A stretch of DNA of 64,000 bases from a virus: the IMG/VR virus record IMGVR_UViG_3300045988_159113; one strand, written 5' to 3'. The notes beneath the pieces are model-generated. The model searched no databases, was not told the DNA's origin, and saw nothing but the letters and a program-made list of their open reading frames with translations. This document shows, piece by piece, positions 29,825 to 41,287 of the stretch. Within the stretch, counting starts at the first letter, position 1; each line of letters opens with the position of its first letter. Both the position numbers and the translations under genes were made by a program.

Positions 29825-30649
29825 TCAGATATTAATTTTAAGTTCAACCTTTTCTGCGCTACCATTCGATGCGATAGTCTTATTTGTTGCGTACATTGTA
29901 TACCCTGGCATAGTCTAATTATTAGAAACAACAGAAATGCCAGTGGCTACTGTGTCAAGAATAGAAATGCCTGACTGCTTTGCTGTGGCGTTGCCGTGTG
30001 TCAAGATGATACCATAGGCAGAGTTTGGCAAACTGTTTGTCCATGTGAAATCCGACTCATTGACGGACGTCTCCTTTCTTGTTGCAGTCTTGATAAACTC
30101 AGAGATAATGCTCTTGTCCTTAGATACACTCATACCATACCAAGCAGGATATGATACGTGCATCTGGACAGCAGCAGCTGTAGTTGTTAACTTCAAACCC
30201 TTATAGTCACCATCGGGTACAGTATAGGTGATAGTAGCAGAACCTGTTGAATCTTTAACATTCTCCAATATCTTCGTGTACTTACCAGTTGTAGACTGCG
30301 ACCAAGTAGCAGGTACAGTGTCAGCATTCACAGCCTTACCGTCAAAGGTAATACTAAGGGTAGCAGTCTGAGAAGCGGGCAGCTTGTCAGCTACACAGCT
30401 TGAATTGGAAAGGCTAATGGTAGCCTTCAACTTGTTCTTGGCTGTACTCAGCAGCTAATCGTCCAGGTAATGCTTATAAGCCTCGGGCAGATTATCAGCA
30501 CCGTAAACAGTAACGCCTGCGGTATCTTTAAGGTAGATCTTGCCATCCTTGGCAAAGATAATAGAACCATCAGCAACAACAACGCCATTAGAGTTCTTGC
30601 CCTGTGCTGCGTTCTCCTTAGAAACGTTTTTGTAAAATTTAACTTGCAT
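29825..30649 (-). CDS. Structural protein (274 aa)
   Basis: The ATG at 30649 overlaps the upstream TAA (TAATG). ORFs 30455-30685 and 29915-30430 are in frame. 2 TAGs, TGA at 29825. Confidence 0.7.
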
Positions 30650-31002
30650 TATGACCAATTTAAATTGTTGTCTAATTCGTGCCAACGCACAAAATGTGTT
30701 TCAGTATATACTGCGACGTGCATTTTATTATTGCACAAATACACGTCGCCAATTTCTACATTATCAATAGGTAAAATATCTATCTCTCCCTTGAAGCGCA
30801 TGGCACCAGAGAGGCCTAGGTTTTCAATAGCAATAGCTCGCTTTTGGTCTGTGTCAAATTCAGAAAGGAGATTGTCCTTTTTAAGATATTCCCCTTTTTC
30901 ATTTATTACACAATGCGGGTTGCCACTATGAATGTATGGAACATACACACAATCATGCGTGTGATGAAGTTGGTTTTTATTTTGTATCATGGCTTCAAAC
31001 AT
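30649..31002 (-). CDS. Small fibre-associated protein (start at 31002 or 30990)
   Basis: Track ORF. It contains MRFKGEIDILPIDNVEIGDVY. An alternative ATG at 30990 overlaps the upstream TGA (ATGA). Confidence 0.6.
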   Translation of the reverse strand: MFEAMIQNKNQLHHTHDCVYVPYIHSGNPHCVINEKGEYLKKDNLLSEFDTDQKRAIAIENLGLSGAMRFKGEIDILPIDNVEIGDVYLCNNKMHVAVYTETHFVRWHELDNNLNWS

Positions 31003-31181
31003 TCATAAAAAACATTGATGGAATTGAACATGTCGACATTCTGAATGAACGCGATCCTGTTCAGTATGCATTGATAGTTCTCCGGCTGGTGCCCATTGTG
31101 TAACTGTTCGATGAGATCCTGGAAATCATCGATGACTGCATGCTTCAAATCAAGCACGGCATCCGCAACCGTCACTACCAT
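30987..31181 (-). CDS. Small protein (64 aa)
   Basis: This is the internal ATG of track ORF 30987-31226 (MVVTVADAVLDLKHAV...). It overlaps the end of 31150-31866. Confidence 0.4.
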   Translation of the reverse strand: MVVTVADAVLDLKHAVIDDFQDLIEQLHNGHQPENYQCILNRIAFIQNVDMFNSINVFYECLKP

Positions 31182-31866
31182 ATTTGCTGTTGTCTTTACA
31201 GAATCCAGTGCAACCGACCAACTCACGCATGATGTTCAACGCTTCAAAGTACCGATCCTCATCAAGTAAGTAATCGATGACATTGATTGCCATCCACAAG
31301 AGGTCGCGTTTGTACACTAGATCTTTATGTTTCTATGTGTTACACTTGTCAGCTCCGCAGAACTTGCCAAGTATCTCACGGTTGATATTAAAGAAGCACT
31401 CTTTGAGCCCGCACATGCTGAACATATAATCTTGAGAGAGTGCAACCGTGAAGTTATTGTTTATATTCAGAGAAATGAAATCATTAATCTGTACGATATC
31501 CCACTATCCGTTCCAGTACTTGACAATATGCTCGCCATCATAAGCAAAAACGAATTTCTTTTTTGCTAACTCATCGATATATTCCAGACTGTCCTTTTTA
31601 GGCAGGATGTAATGCGACACCATGTAAAGGCCATCTTCTTCGATATGAAAATCGCTCACGTCATCCGAACTGTGGTCATTGATATCGTACGTGTACAGGT
31701 CGTATTTTTCCTCTTTCTCTTCTGTTATGTCAACGCTATGGATAACGTTGACGGAAACCGTCCCGTCATATGTAAAGATCCCATCGTAAGTATTACAGGG
31801 ACGTTCCATTCCGGCTATCGTAATATGACAGCCAGATGTATGCTGTAATTGAAATATTGCCTACAT
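31150..31866 (-). CDS. Acidic protein with a Cys-rich C-terminus (238 aa)
   Basis: The ATG overlaps the portal TAA (TAATG) and is followed directly by TAG as codon 2. It is in frame with ORF 31504-31809. 3 TAGs, TGA at 31150. Confidence 0.6.
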
Positions 31867-34058
31867 TATCCAAAATTAACGTTGTCATTATATGGATTGC
31901 CGTCATGTAGTTGCTTGAGCTCTATGTCAACCTTCTTATTATCAACGGCGATATTATCTTCTTTGTATTTCTTGTCTGCCCTCGCGTTGTACCACCTAAT
32001 ATCGCTATCAATACGGAGACGCTCTTTTTCAAGCTGCATCTTTTCTTGGTCGTACTTCTCGATTTGCTTCTGGGCTTGCTACAACTGCTTTTGCATCTGC
32101 TGTAGCTGCTGCTGTGATTCTTGCAGCTTCTGTTGTAATTGTTGGATTTGGTTATTTTCCGCCTTCTACTTCTCCATAGCCTACTTTACTTTAATCTTCA
32201 AATCCGTCAAACTCTTACTAGTCAACGCTTCAAAAATGATATCCGGCGCTAGGGTCTATGATTGGATAAAGTTCGGAATTACTTGCATCAGCTTCGCCAT
32301 ATCTTGCATGACATCTGTGCTGCTGCTTATATGTATATCGTAATCGCTAAGTGTGAAATGTTCAGGGAGAGCAGTGAATACTTTCTGGAATTTATCACCT
32401 AGGATAATTGTCCCAGTTAGTCCGTTCTTGTATACTATCTTTGCCTCATTCAGAGCATCTAACAACATCTCGCAAGTCACGAGGTCCATTTGCTGATAGT
32501 ACTGTTTGGTTATAGTGAATGAATTGTTTGCACTCAATTTTACATTACTCACTGCGTCCTTCTATTCGATACCGTTCAGTCGCTCCTGGAATACTCCGGT
32601 GATACTGGACGCTGTCTCTTCTATGGACTACAAAGCAACCTAGATAGCTTGAATAGCCCCAACTTTTACGGTATCATCAAATCCATTGAAAATTGTATTG
32701 ATAGGTGCCTGACCAGCAGCTGCTCGTCCTTCCTGTGAGGTGTCGATCAAGCCAAGGCCTCCCTTCTTATATGCTAGCCATTTCTGTATTCTCTCCGGCC
32801 AGTTAACGCCAAGGTTGGTAGGGATAAGGCTTTCATCTATCCAATCACCAACTGTTCCACTGTTGGCAATGATGTTGTCTCTGTAATAATGTAAAAGATT
32901 ATATCGATCTTGTAAAGGAACACAAGCCAGAACCAGAGAGTACGGCTGACTCCCTCGGTTTGTGAAATAGACCCCGTTGACTGTCAAGCCACAATAGCTT
33001 GGGTTGTCAATAGAACGCACAGCAGAATCATCTTTGCCTGTTAGGATATAGATGTCATCATTGATTCTAACTGTGCGATATCTGTTCATCACGAAATTCT
33101 TATCGGTTTCTATCCATTCAACCTCATATACAGGGAGCAACTTGTTGTATCTGTTGTTTTGCTCATCTGTTGGATAGCCTGGGATGATAGCCTCCTCTCC
33201 TGCTCTCAATCCTTGAGTAGCTGGAACTCCGTTATGCTCAAAGGTCCTAATGTAAGAGTACGAATAATCAGACGCTGCATCTTCCCATTCCTTTTCTATC
33301 TTCTCAACATCTTCACGCGATAAATCCTGACCGTATTGCATCAAGATCTGTGATTTGGAAAGCCATTTCCTGACAACTACACGGTACGAATCCTTGACAT
33401 ATGGAGATTCCGGATTTCGATCTATAAAGGTGTTTAGAGGATTCAATACTTCTATCTATACATTATTCCTGTTTACGCTCGGCTTTACCCTGTAAAAGCA
33501 ATAGCCAGTGATCAATATATCTAGCAATAACTCGCGGAGCTTTCTCATGATGTCGGTACTTCTCGACTGCATTAAATACTCGATGACATTCTGCGCTGCT
33601 ATCTCGTACTGGCTGGTGAAGTTTGTCTTCACGTCCTATATGATCTTCTGAAGCGCAGTCTCTATATTATGGTCGACAGTATCCTTGCCGTCTATAAATG
33701 AGAGGATATCATTCTTGAGTTTTTTCTGCATGAACTTGTAGACCTACTCGTGAATCTGAATCTATTTCTCCCTTTCCATCGCGCTGATAGTCTTGGAATC
33801 CTTGCAGGAAACCTTCGGCAATACCGGAGTACCAAGATACTCTCCGATCAATACGTCCACGTGTTTCTTAATAAGCGGTATGAATTCAACGGAAGTAGGG
33901 CTTCCTATTCCGAAGTTCTCCTCAAGGTATCTGTACTATTCGGAGTTCATCTTTCCGTTATAGTAGTTATACGCCTTTTGCAAGTCTGTCTTCTCGTACA
34001 CTAGCTCCGTGATGGCGTTGTCTGTACATTCCTGCAAGCGTTCCTGCTCTTTTGTCAT
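31866..34058 (-). CDS. Portal protein (730 aa)
   Basis: ATG at 34058. ORFs 32640-33446 and 32256-32552 are in frame, with about 12 TAGs. Length 2193 nt. Motifs: AYNYYNGKMNSEQYRYLEENFG, ERLNGIEQKDAVSNV, and a Q/K-rich coiled-coil tail. It lies downstream of TerL. Confidence 0.8.
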
Positions 34059-34060
34059 TA

Positions 34061-34831
34061 TTATAAACTTTTAATATTTATGTCCTACTCTCCAACCATC
34101 CGTATTTTAGAATGGTAAGCATTAGGAAATTTCTTTCGTCTCACAAGATCCCACAAGTATTCACTGATAAAACCTTCCAGACGACGCTGCCATTTGATGT
34201 TTCCCTTGAACCAGTTGCCTTTTTTGAATTGTTCATTCATGAAATCCTCAACCTGTTTGTTTCCATCTATTCCAAAATAAGAATCAAACCGTTTGAGAAC
34301 ATCAAAAACAAAATGTGCACCTTCCATGAAATCATCGTGTTTCATAATGAACATGTTGCAATATGAGCATTGCGCATCTTCCAGAAAATCATCATAAACC
34401 GGCAAGTATGACCTGTCCGCTTCTCTTATTGCCAACCTTAAAGGATTAATGAAAATCGAGCTATGATAAACAGATATATTGACCTTGTTCATAAGCCCGG
34501 AGGACCAGGTTTTCGTATACACTGCGCCGTGCTTGTCAACTATATCACGCGCTTTTCCTAGATCTTCCATAAAGTCATCAAAAAACCTTCTGTAATGGCA
34601 GAAGCCGATATATTCAGGTATTAACTCCTCGTGCTCCATGACGTGTTTGATCTGGCAAGCTTCACCATAGCATATATTGTGCTTTTCCGTGAACTCATCA
34701 TTCATATATATAACAGGAGACAAATCATCAAAAACATTCTCATTTTGCGCAGCGATAAAATAGCCATCACTGTGTGGGTGATCTCCTGTTATTGTATTAT
34801 GCGCGCATATGTACATCCTCAAATCATCCAT
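34061..34831 (-). CDS. DUF4422-like putative glycosyltransferase
   Basis: Track ORF 34085-34831 (ICAHN...YGEACQIKHV...IGFCHYRRFF). It ends in TAG, and a TAA follows 7 codons later, just before the portal ATG. Confidence 0.55.
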
Positions 34832-35165
34832 TACTTACTAGATCTTTCTGTCCTATATGGTGTGTGCTGTGGTCTATCGGGCATGGCATATGACGCTCGA
34901 ACATATCGGTCTTGTATCCTGTGTAGAATTTCGTATCAGTCAACCGGCGACCATGAAGCTCTTTTTCTAGATATTCGAGAAACTTATCATCGTCTAGCTG
35001 CGCGCATATATGGAGAGGGTGCTCTGGATCATTCAATCCAAGCACAAGATCAATAGCTCCACCTGGTAATCTGTGAATATTCAAAAGGCCAACATAACAC
35101 TTGCCGTATACTTTAAAAATAGTTTCTAGGATCGCTTGAGCGAACTTGTCCGTAGCTGTAGTCAT
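34824..35165 (-). CDS. Hypothetical protein (113 aa)
   Basis: Intact track ORF. Its TGA overlaps the next ATG. Confidence 0.6.
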   Translation of the reverse strand: MTTATDKFAQAILETIFKVYGKCYVGLLNIHRLPGGAIDLVLGLNDPEHPLHICAQLDDDKFLEYLEKELHGRRLTDTKFYTGYKTDMFERHMPCPIDHSTHHIGQKDLVSNG

Positions 35166-37592
35166 TGGTTTGCAAATACATGTTAAAATTAGCCGTCATC
35201 TAGTTATTCTTTTTGATAGGTCCGAAATGTTTGATCCCTCGTTCGTCATAATAATATCCAAAATCAACAAACTCATCGTCTGCTTTTTTCTATGCCTACG
35301 GCGTGATTCCGGACAGCTCTTCATCTGCAAGCTCACATTCTCCCATAGCAGCCACGATATCAAACTTACGTTTGTTTTCGTCAGAGTATCTTGATAACTC
35401 ATCAAGCATTTCCTCAAACCATATATCGTAGCCATAATCAAGGACGAAATCCTTAATCAGGTCTGTCTAATGATCGATAACAGCAGGAGATGCTGGGGAT
35501 CCGTATTGCTACGTTTTACGTCTTGCTATATCTGGATATGTTGCAGATGGGCGTTTCATGAAGTAATTCAAGAGATGCCTATCACGTGCCCATGTCACCA
35601 TGGACATCCTCGTTGCCTCGATGTTAATCTGGCAGTTGTAATACATAGCAAGACCAATAGCTACCTCATAAGCTTCTCGTATATCATCCGGTCTATCTTT
35701 ATATATGGCAACGTATCTAGGCGTGCGATTGCCAAACGTGCGACGCTTGACAACCATACAGAAATCAGACGGATCTTTGTATGTTGATGATGTCTGCAAC
35801 ATACCGATATCAATTCCGTCAATACCGGCGACATATAGGTTGTTTGTTTTCTCTATCAGACCTTGAGACTCACCGTCTCGCTCTTTATCTTCTACCCATA
35901 GTGGATGCTCTAAAATCTTGATCTTGCCATCTTTGCAAGCATTCCATATAACGCTCTAAACATGGGCTCTATCAACCTTGCGCTCTGTATTCTTATACTG
36001 GAAACGTATGGTGCCAATATCAATAGGCGGACATTCATGCATTGCGCGGATGCGTGTGAGCTATTCGGCAATAGTTGCCCTGTTGAATTTATTCTGAACT
36101 CCAGAAGAAAAAGCCTCTGTATCATTGAACGGATACTCTGCACAGTGATCAATGAGTGCAGCAGGATCAGAAGCCATAGCTGCACGAATCTCATTTTGCC
36201 ATTCTACAACAGCGTCAGGATCAACAAATCCTCTATGCGAAAGAAACCGCTTTCTATCTTTTGGTATCTTGGTGCAAGGTATGAAAAAAGAAGTCAACAC
36301 CTCTGCACCGTTTTGCGTGTATCTGTGCCGATGTGGGAGAATACCGTAAACCTCAGGATGGTAAAACATACGCTGTAATCCATCGAGTGATTCCTTGGTG
36401 TCTCCAGATGTCATAATATTTTCGTCAATGCTTTTTATCATTGCTCCTTACGCTTTCACGTAAGATTGGCGTACATTTTCCAGTATTAACTGGTCGGGCA
36501 CTCTTGGAGATATTATTTCAATCTCTACGCTCTACATTTAACAACTCGGTGTCGGCAGTTAAGCGTTCACCGATTTTGCCCGATTTTATACGGGGGCCAT
36601 CTTGGTTAACCTCCGCACACACGTATTCCCCATGACGCATTCATGGGACCAACAAGCGCCGTTGCCTGGATGTATGCCTTAGCAAAATTCTTCCATGAAC
36701 CTACCTCGTCCATGGCAAGAATATCCAAACGGAATCCACGCAACTTGCTTGGGTTATCTGCGACAATGCCGATAATCTAAGACATCCATCCTACCTCGAT
36801 TTTTTGTCCGTTGATTATCTTATAATGAGAGGATCTTTTCCAATCAGTGGAATCTTTCACCTATCGTAATTTAAAAAATCCGCCATCAGTGTTGTCGTTT
36901 AAAAAAGCCAAACAGTTCCAGATCTTACCGATAGTGTTGTCTAAATAGTCAGATCTATGAGTGGCTAACATGTTTATGGAATTTTTGATGCAATTATAGC
37001 TGTTGGCTAGAATTGCTGAAAGCATCTCAGAATAACCTACCTCTCGTGCTTTCATTATCACGGCATTCCTTCTGAGTCTTTTACACATCTCATAATAATG
37101 AAAAAACTCATATTGCCCAGCATAAAAAGCCGGGAAAATAAAAAGACGACCACCACCTGACTTTTCAGTGTTGTCAAGGTCCATAAGCTGGAAATAATTC
37201 AAGAAAAAATAATTGTCACCAGTTATGGTGTAGCCGTTCACGGTCATCCCGTGCTTGCATCGCTTATATTCCTCAAGCCAAAAATCCTGGAATGCTTTCG
37301 TCCCTTTATGGAACTACGTATAGTGTCCAGTTCGCAAGAAAGAATCCCTCGCCTCAGTGAACCAGTCAGGATCGAAATCTAGCCCAGATGTTTTGTTTAT
37401 CGGAATGTATCCAGTAAGCTCATAAGATAGATCAGTATCAAAAAATACGATCTCTTGATCAATAGGTATATCCCACTAGCCTTTGTGCTCGCTTTTTACC
37501 TATTCAACAATTGCATCTTCATCATGAATATCCTTGAGCATTACCTCGTCAACAATTTTCTGTATCTCCTCAGGATATTGTACATTTTTCAT
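35113..37592 (-). CDS. terL: Terminase large subunit, interrupted by one intervening sequence (exons 37592-36609 and 36411-35113)
   Basis: ATG at 37592. Motifs: Walker-A-like KAREVGYSE, Walker B LDILAMDEVGS, VCGG|TSGD across the junction, and nuclease-domain YVAGIDGIDIG..NIEA. About 12 TAGs. The last TAG (35200) is followed by 28 more sense codons to a TAA, overlapping the next gene. Confidence 0.8.
36412..36608 (-). mobile_element. 197-nt intervening sequence in TerL, probably a group I-type intron
   Basis: All three frames are closed. The 5' junction GGAGGU| can pair with a downstream GCCCCC (U.G at the splice site). The last nt is G. Both junctions are in phase 0 and restore ..GIRVCGG|TSGDTKESLDGLQRMFYHP. 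Confidence 0.55.
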
Positions 37593-37595
37593 AAA

Positions 37596-38186
37596 TCAAA
37601 AATCACCTTCGGGCATAAACCCGTCTTCTGCTCCTCCTCGTATGGACGAACGTTCCGCCAGCTCCTTCTTTACCTGACTCTCTAATGTTGTCAGAGAATC
37701 ATGAAGCTTGTTCAATGAGTTGATCTCCTGAATCAAATTCTTCACCTAAAACATCGGCTTTCCTGTCAGTTCATCACGCTCCTCAGGATCTATATTGACA
37801 AAATAGTTTGCTATCTTATCAATCGCAAAACGCGCTGACTCTAAGAGTCTAATGCTCCGGTCCTAGTTCTACATCTCCTAAAACTTACGACATGCTTCCC
37901 TAAACACCGGGTCATTAAACTCTTCATCCGTCAGTTGCGAATCTTTGAGCGCCGCCTCATGGCGTTCTCCCTGAGATATGTCGCTATACAAAGAATGCCA
38001 ATGTAAAGCAAGGTAAATATAAGTAAGCTCGCGAAACATACGTAGTCCATATTCACCAGTTGGATCTTCCTTGCACTTATTCCGCTCTGGATCAGCAAGA
38101 TCAGCAAACTCCTTGATCAATAAGATCTCAGGACGGTTGATCTCAATACGATTGTGAGCAGAATCATATACAAAGAAATTGTTCAT
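37596..38186 (-). CDS. Hypothetical protein upstream of TerL (candidate small terminase by position only)
   Basis: ORF 37878-38186 extends through 4 TAGs to a TGA at 37596, 3 nt before the TerL ATG. Confidence 0.55.
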
Positions 38187-38275
38187 AAATTATTTATATT
38201 TTAGTAGCCTTGTGCTTTTAATCTTCACTGTGCTAAACGAGCTGCAATTTCCTAATTGTACAAGTCATTCAATCT

Positions 38276-38520
38276 TTAATAGTTGCCGTTTCCGAAAGAC
38301 TTAATTCCGGAGTTAACCTCATATGTATTTTTATCAATAGGTATAGATTTATTGGTTCCGGTCTATTCAAGAGAGTATATTGTATCAGGTACAGTCTCTG
38401 GCACTATTTTCAAATATTCTTTTGATGGATACTTTATTTCTCTCACAAGATTAACTCCTTCATAATAATCTGGGAATAAATCATCTGCATTTTTATTCAA
38501 CGCATTTGCAACATCGTTTC
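38276..38520 (-). CDS. ORF without an obvious start codon (..VIKDVHRNDVANALNKNADDLFPDYYEGVNL..)
   Basis: An open frame of about 80 codons (1 TAG) ends in TAA at 38276. It is offset by one nt from 38536-39099. It has no in-frame ATG near its 5' end. Confidence 0.3.
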
Positions 38521-38535
38521 TATGTACATCTTTAA

Positions 38536-39099
38536 TTACTTGCTTCTTAGAAACTGCCTCCTTGTCTGATATATCTCAGCACGGATTCCGTTCATTGCGC
38601 GGGTAACAGCACCCTTCCTCATCTTCTTGCCGCATTTTGCCTTCTGAACTGCCTTCTGCTCTTTCTGCTTACATACGGGACACATAGAACCACCGGCTGC
38701 ATAATATGTCTTGTAATATCCTTCGGGGCATTCACCTTTGAGACTGCGAATAAAATTCAACTTTGCCCCACGACGTGCAGACTGTACTGATGCCTAATCA
38801 ACAACTGCCTGAATCAACTGAGTAGCTGCGCCAGGCTGAGATAACTGAGCAAATGCTTCGGGATTATCATTCTCCAACTCCTCAGCTCCTGCCTCAACGA
38901 GCTCATCACTTGCAGCTATCTACTCCAGAGTCTCTGGTTGTTTGGATATAAGCTGAGCAACCTAACTGACAACGTCCTATATGCTGGTGTCGTTGCCCTA
39001 CTGCTTCTGATATCCATAGAAACCAATGATAGCCTTCTGAAGCATGGCGTCCTGCTGATCTTCCTAAGCAGCGCCGCCTTGTTCGTAATAGTTAATCAT
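38536..39099 (-). CDS. Gln-rich protein with a CxxC-type Cys cluster (187 aa)
   Basis: The ATG at 39099 is in frame with ORF 38536-38760. 7 TAGs. It contains CPEGYYKTYYAAGGSMCPVC. Confidence 0.6.
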
Positions 39100-39118
39100 A
39101 TATTAGTGTTTTATTTTA

Positions 39119-40435
39119 TTAGTTAAAAATTGCATCTCTCCCACTATTTGTTATATTGTAATTTTTGTAGAATTGATTATAGTTTCGTTGTAGTGCATTA
39201 TTATACTCTTCAGTGTCAAGCTTATCTTTACCGAATTGTTTGATAAATGCATCACGGAACTTTGCTGAGTATAATCTGTGCAATTTCATTGAACTTATGC
39301 TTCCTTTAGCATGATATCTCTATCCTTCATCTATTATTGGCTATGCTACCTATTTGCCTACATTAGCCCAGAAATTACTAATGGTTATTTGTGGCTATGG
39401 TTTAGCGTCAGCTTGCATAGACCCATCAGTTCTCCACCATCCCATGTTTCCGTTTTTGTCAAGGTATCTTCCGGTATTATAATATTTTGTGCCATCTTTA
39501 GCAGTTATTTCAGAAGTACCGTCTCCTAGAATTCTTTGACTCCATCCTTGGCCAAATATTCCGTTAAATTTTCGCATAGTCTCATTGCCAAATTTACCAT
39601 CAGCACCAGTTCCTACTAGACCTTGCCATGTAGTCAAATCATTGCCTTGCCAGTTGTATGATGGAGTCCATGCGGATCTCCGACGTGACGCATTACTCTA
39701 TGGCGCTGGCTATGCATTTACCTATGTGTTAGCCGTTTGCTGTTTCCAAGTCGGCTGCAACTTCTGAGCATATGCTGTCATAGCGCCAGGCGTATATCCT
39801 CCCTGATACTATTGAAGCATATTCTAAAAACTCTAAGAGATAGGTGTTTCTGTAGGTTTCTGCCAATTTCCATGGTCCCAATTTGCGCGAGATGCATTTT
39901 GATGTTCTGAAAAATATTCATGAACACGTCTGTTTGCATCGGCTTCAATAGTTCCAGCTTTAAAATTGTTATCACTATACATCCCAGCATTTTGTCGGCC
40001 ATTACGAATCATATCCATAGCATTGCGTCTATTAAACTGCTAGCCGCCAGAGAAATTGCTGGCCATCTGCATATTCGCGCCATTCCAAACAACAGCATCC
40101 TATCCAAGAGCACGTAAATCATTTTTAAGTCTACGCCTCTTACCAAGACCTCTATAACGGCTGCTGTTCAGATTTATAATTTTCTGATTGTTATAGAAAT
40201 CAGGATTCCTATTCTATGACTACTGATCAGCTTGCTGCTCATGGTCGTTTACTGTCCCTTGCTGCTATCCAATAGGCTTGTATGTTTCTGAACCTGTATG
40301 TTCTGGTTTCTATACTGCAGCAGGCTGCCTAGTAAACGACAAAGAAGATGGGTCAACTGTAGACCAATCAGGCATAGTATAGTTTAATGTAGTTCCGTCA
40401 TCACGATACGGTACACCCTTAAAATCTTCAGCCAT
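39119..40435 (-). CDS. Gln-rich protein with a peptidoglycan-binding-like motif (438 aa)
   Basis: ATG at 40435. ORFs 39833-40018 and 39395-39637 are in frame, with about 16 TAGs. Length 1317 nt. TWQGLVGTGADGKFGNETMRKF resembles a PG_binding_1 domain. Confidence 0.7.
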
Positions 40436-40436
40436 A

Positions 40437-40667
40437 TCACTTTACAAGTTCAAGGTCCTTTGTACTAAACACGCCTTCCTGCAGCTCCTGCTATGTATTG
40501 AACCATATGCACTTGATGCCCTTCAGGCTGTTTCCCTTATCTACGTTTCTTTTGAAAACATTTGTAACCTTTCCGATCACGATCATATCAGGACGATTTT
40601 GAATGTCCTATTTGACCCTTACAACCTGACCAGGAAGGAAATAAATCTTATCTTCCTCATTTAACAT
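40437..40667 (-). CDS. Small YodC/DUF2158-like protein (76 aa)
   Basis: Read by eye: MLNEEDKIYFLPGQVVRVK-Q-D...IKCIWFNT-Q-QELQEGVFSTKDLELVK. 2 TAGs, TGA stop. Confidence 0.5.
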
Positions 40668-40673
40668 AATTTT

Positions 40674-41267
40674 TCACTTCTTTTTATTGGACCCATTAAA
40701 ACGTTCAGTGAGTCCTGAGTTTATAACTACCAAAGCGCGTGTCTCATTTACAAGTACGAGTCCCTGCTTGAAGAATGGAACGGGCACCTCGCTGACAACC
40801 GTCCAATAGATAACGTCCCCATCCTTCACATACTTACACTCCGGACCTGCATCGACAACCTCTCCAACATGAATCATAGACTTCTCTTCCTCATATTCTC
40901 CGGTCTCATTCGATTTGTAAGTTGGAGCATATCCGCCAGTGTCAAGAATGATGCCACTGTCGGTCTTCGTGATCCTCTGGAAAGGATTCTGCGAATAAGG
41001 CTTCACCAAAACATAGTTGTAGATTGCCTTGATCTCCATCTTATCAAATTCCTCATTGAACTTTTCCGCGTATTTGCCGACTGCCTTCTCATGGTCCTCG
41101 AGCTTCTTCTGCATGTCGTCAATCTTCTGATTGATCCTTGTAGCAGCTTCTCTTTCCATAATACGATCAGCGTTCTTTCCATTTAACACAAAATGCTTGG
41201 CTGTCTCAATATTTGTAGCCACGCGTGCAAGCTTCTCATTACTATTCATTCCAATTCTCTCGTCCAT
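40674..41267 (-). CDS. GroES/gp31-like co-chaperonin with an N-terminal coiled-coil extension
   Basis: Intact ORF. The C-terminal ~110 aa follow the GroES pattern (YVLVKP...TDSGIILD...VGEVVDAGP...VKDGDVIYW...LVVIN). Confidence 0.55.
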   Translation of the reverse strand: MDERIGMNSNEKLARVATNIETAKHFVLNGKNADRIMEREAATRINQKIDDMQKKLEDHEKAVGKYAEKFNEEFDKMEIKAIYNYVLVKPYSQNPFQRITKTDSGIILDTGGYAPTYKSNETGEYEEEKSMIHVGEVVDAGPECKYVKDGDVIYWTVVSEVPVPFFKQGLVLVNETRALVVINSGLTERFNGSNKKK

Positions 41268-41287
41268 AATTCAAAAATTTTAAAACA

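Noticed and set aside
19881-32343. Long plus-strand ORFs antisense to the fibre, portal and other late genes (for example 20494-20766, 22336-22758, 23976-24557, 31849-32343)
   Set aside because: They are low-complexity shadows of repetitive or biased minus-strand coding sequence. They lack starts with plausible leaders, and they overlap well-supported genes completely.
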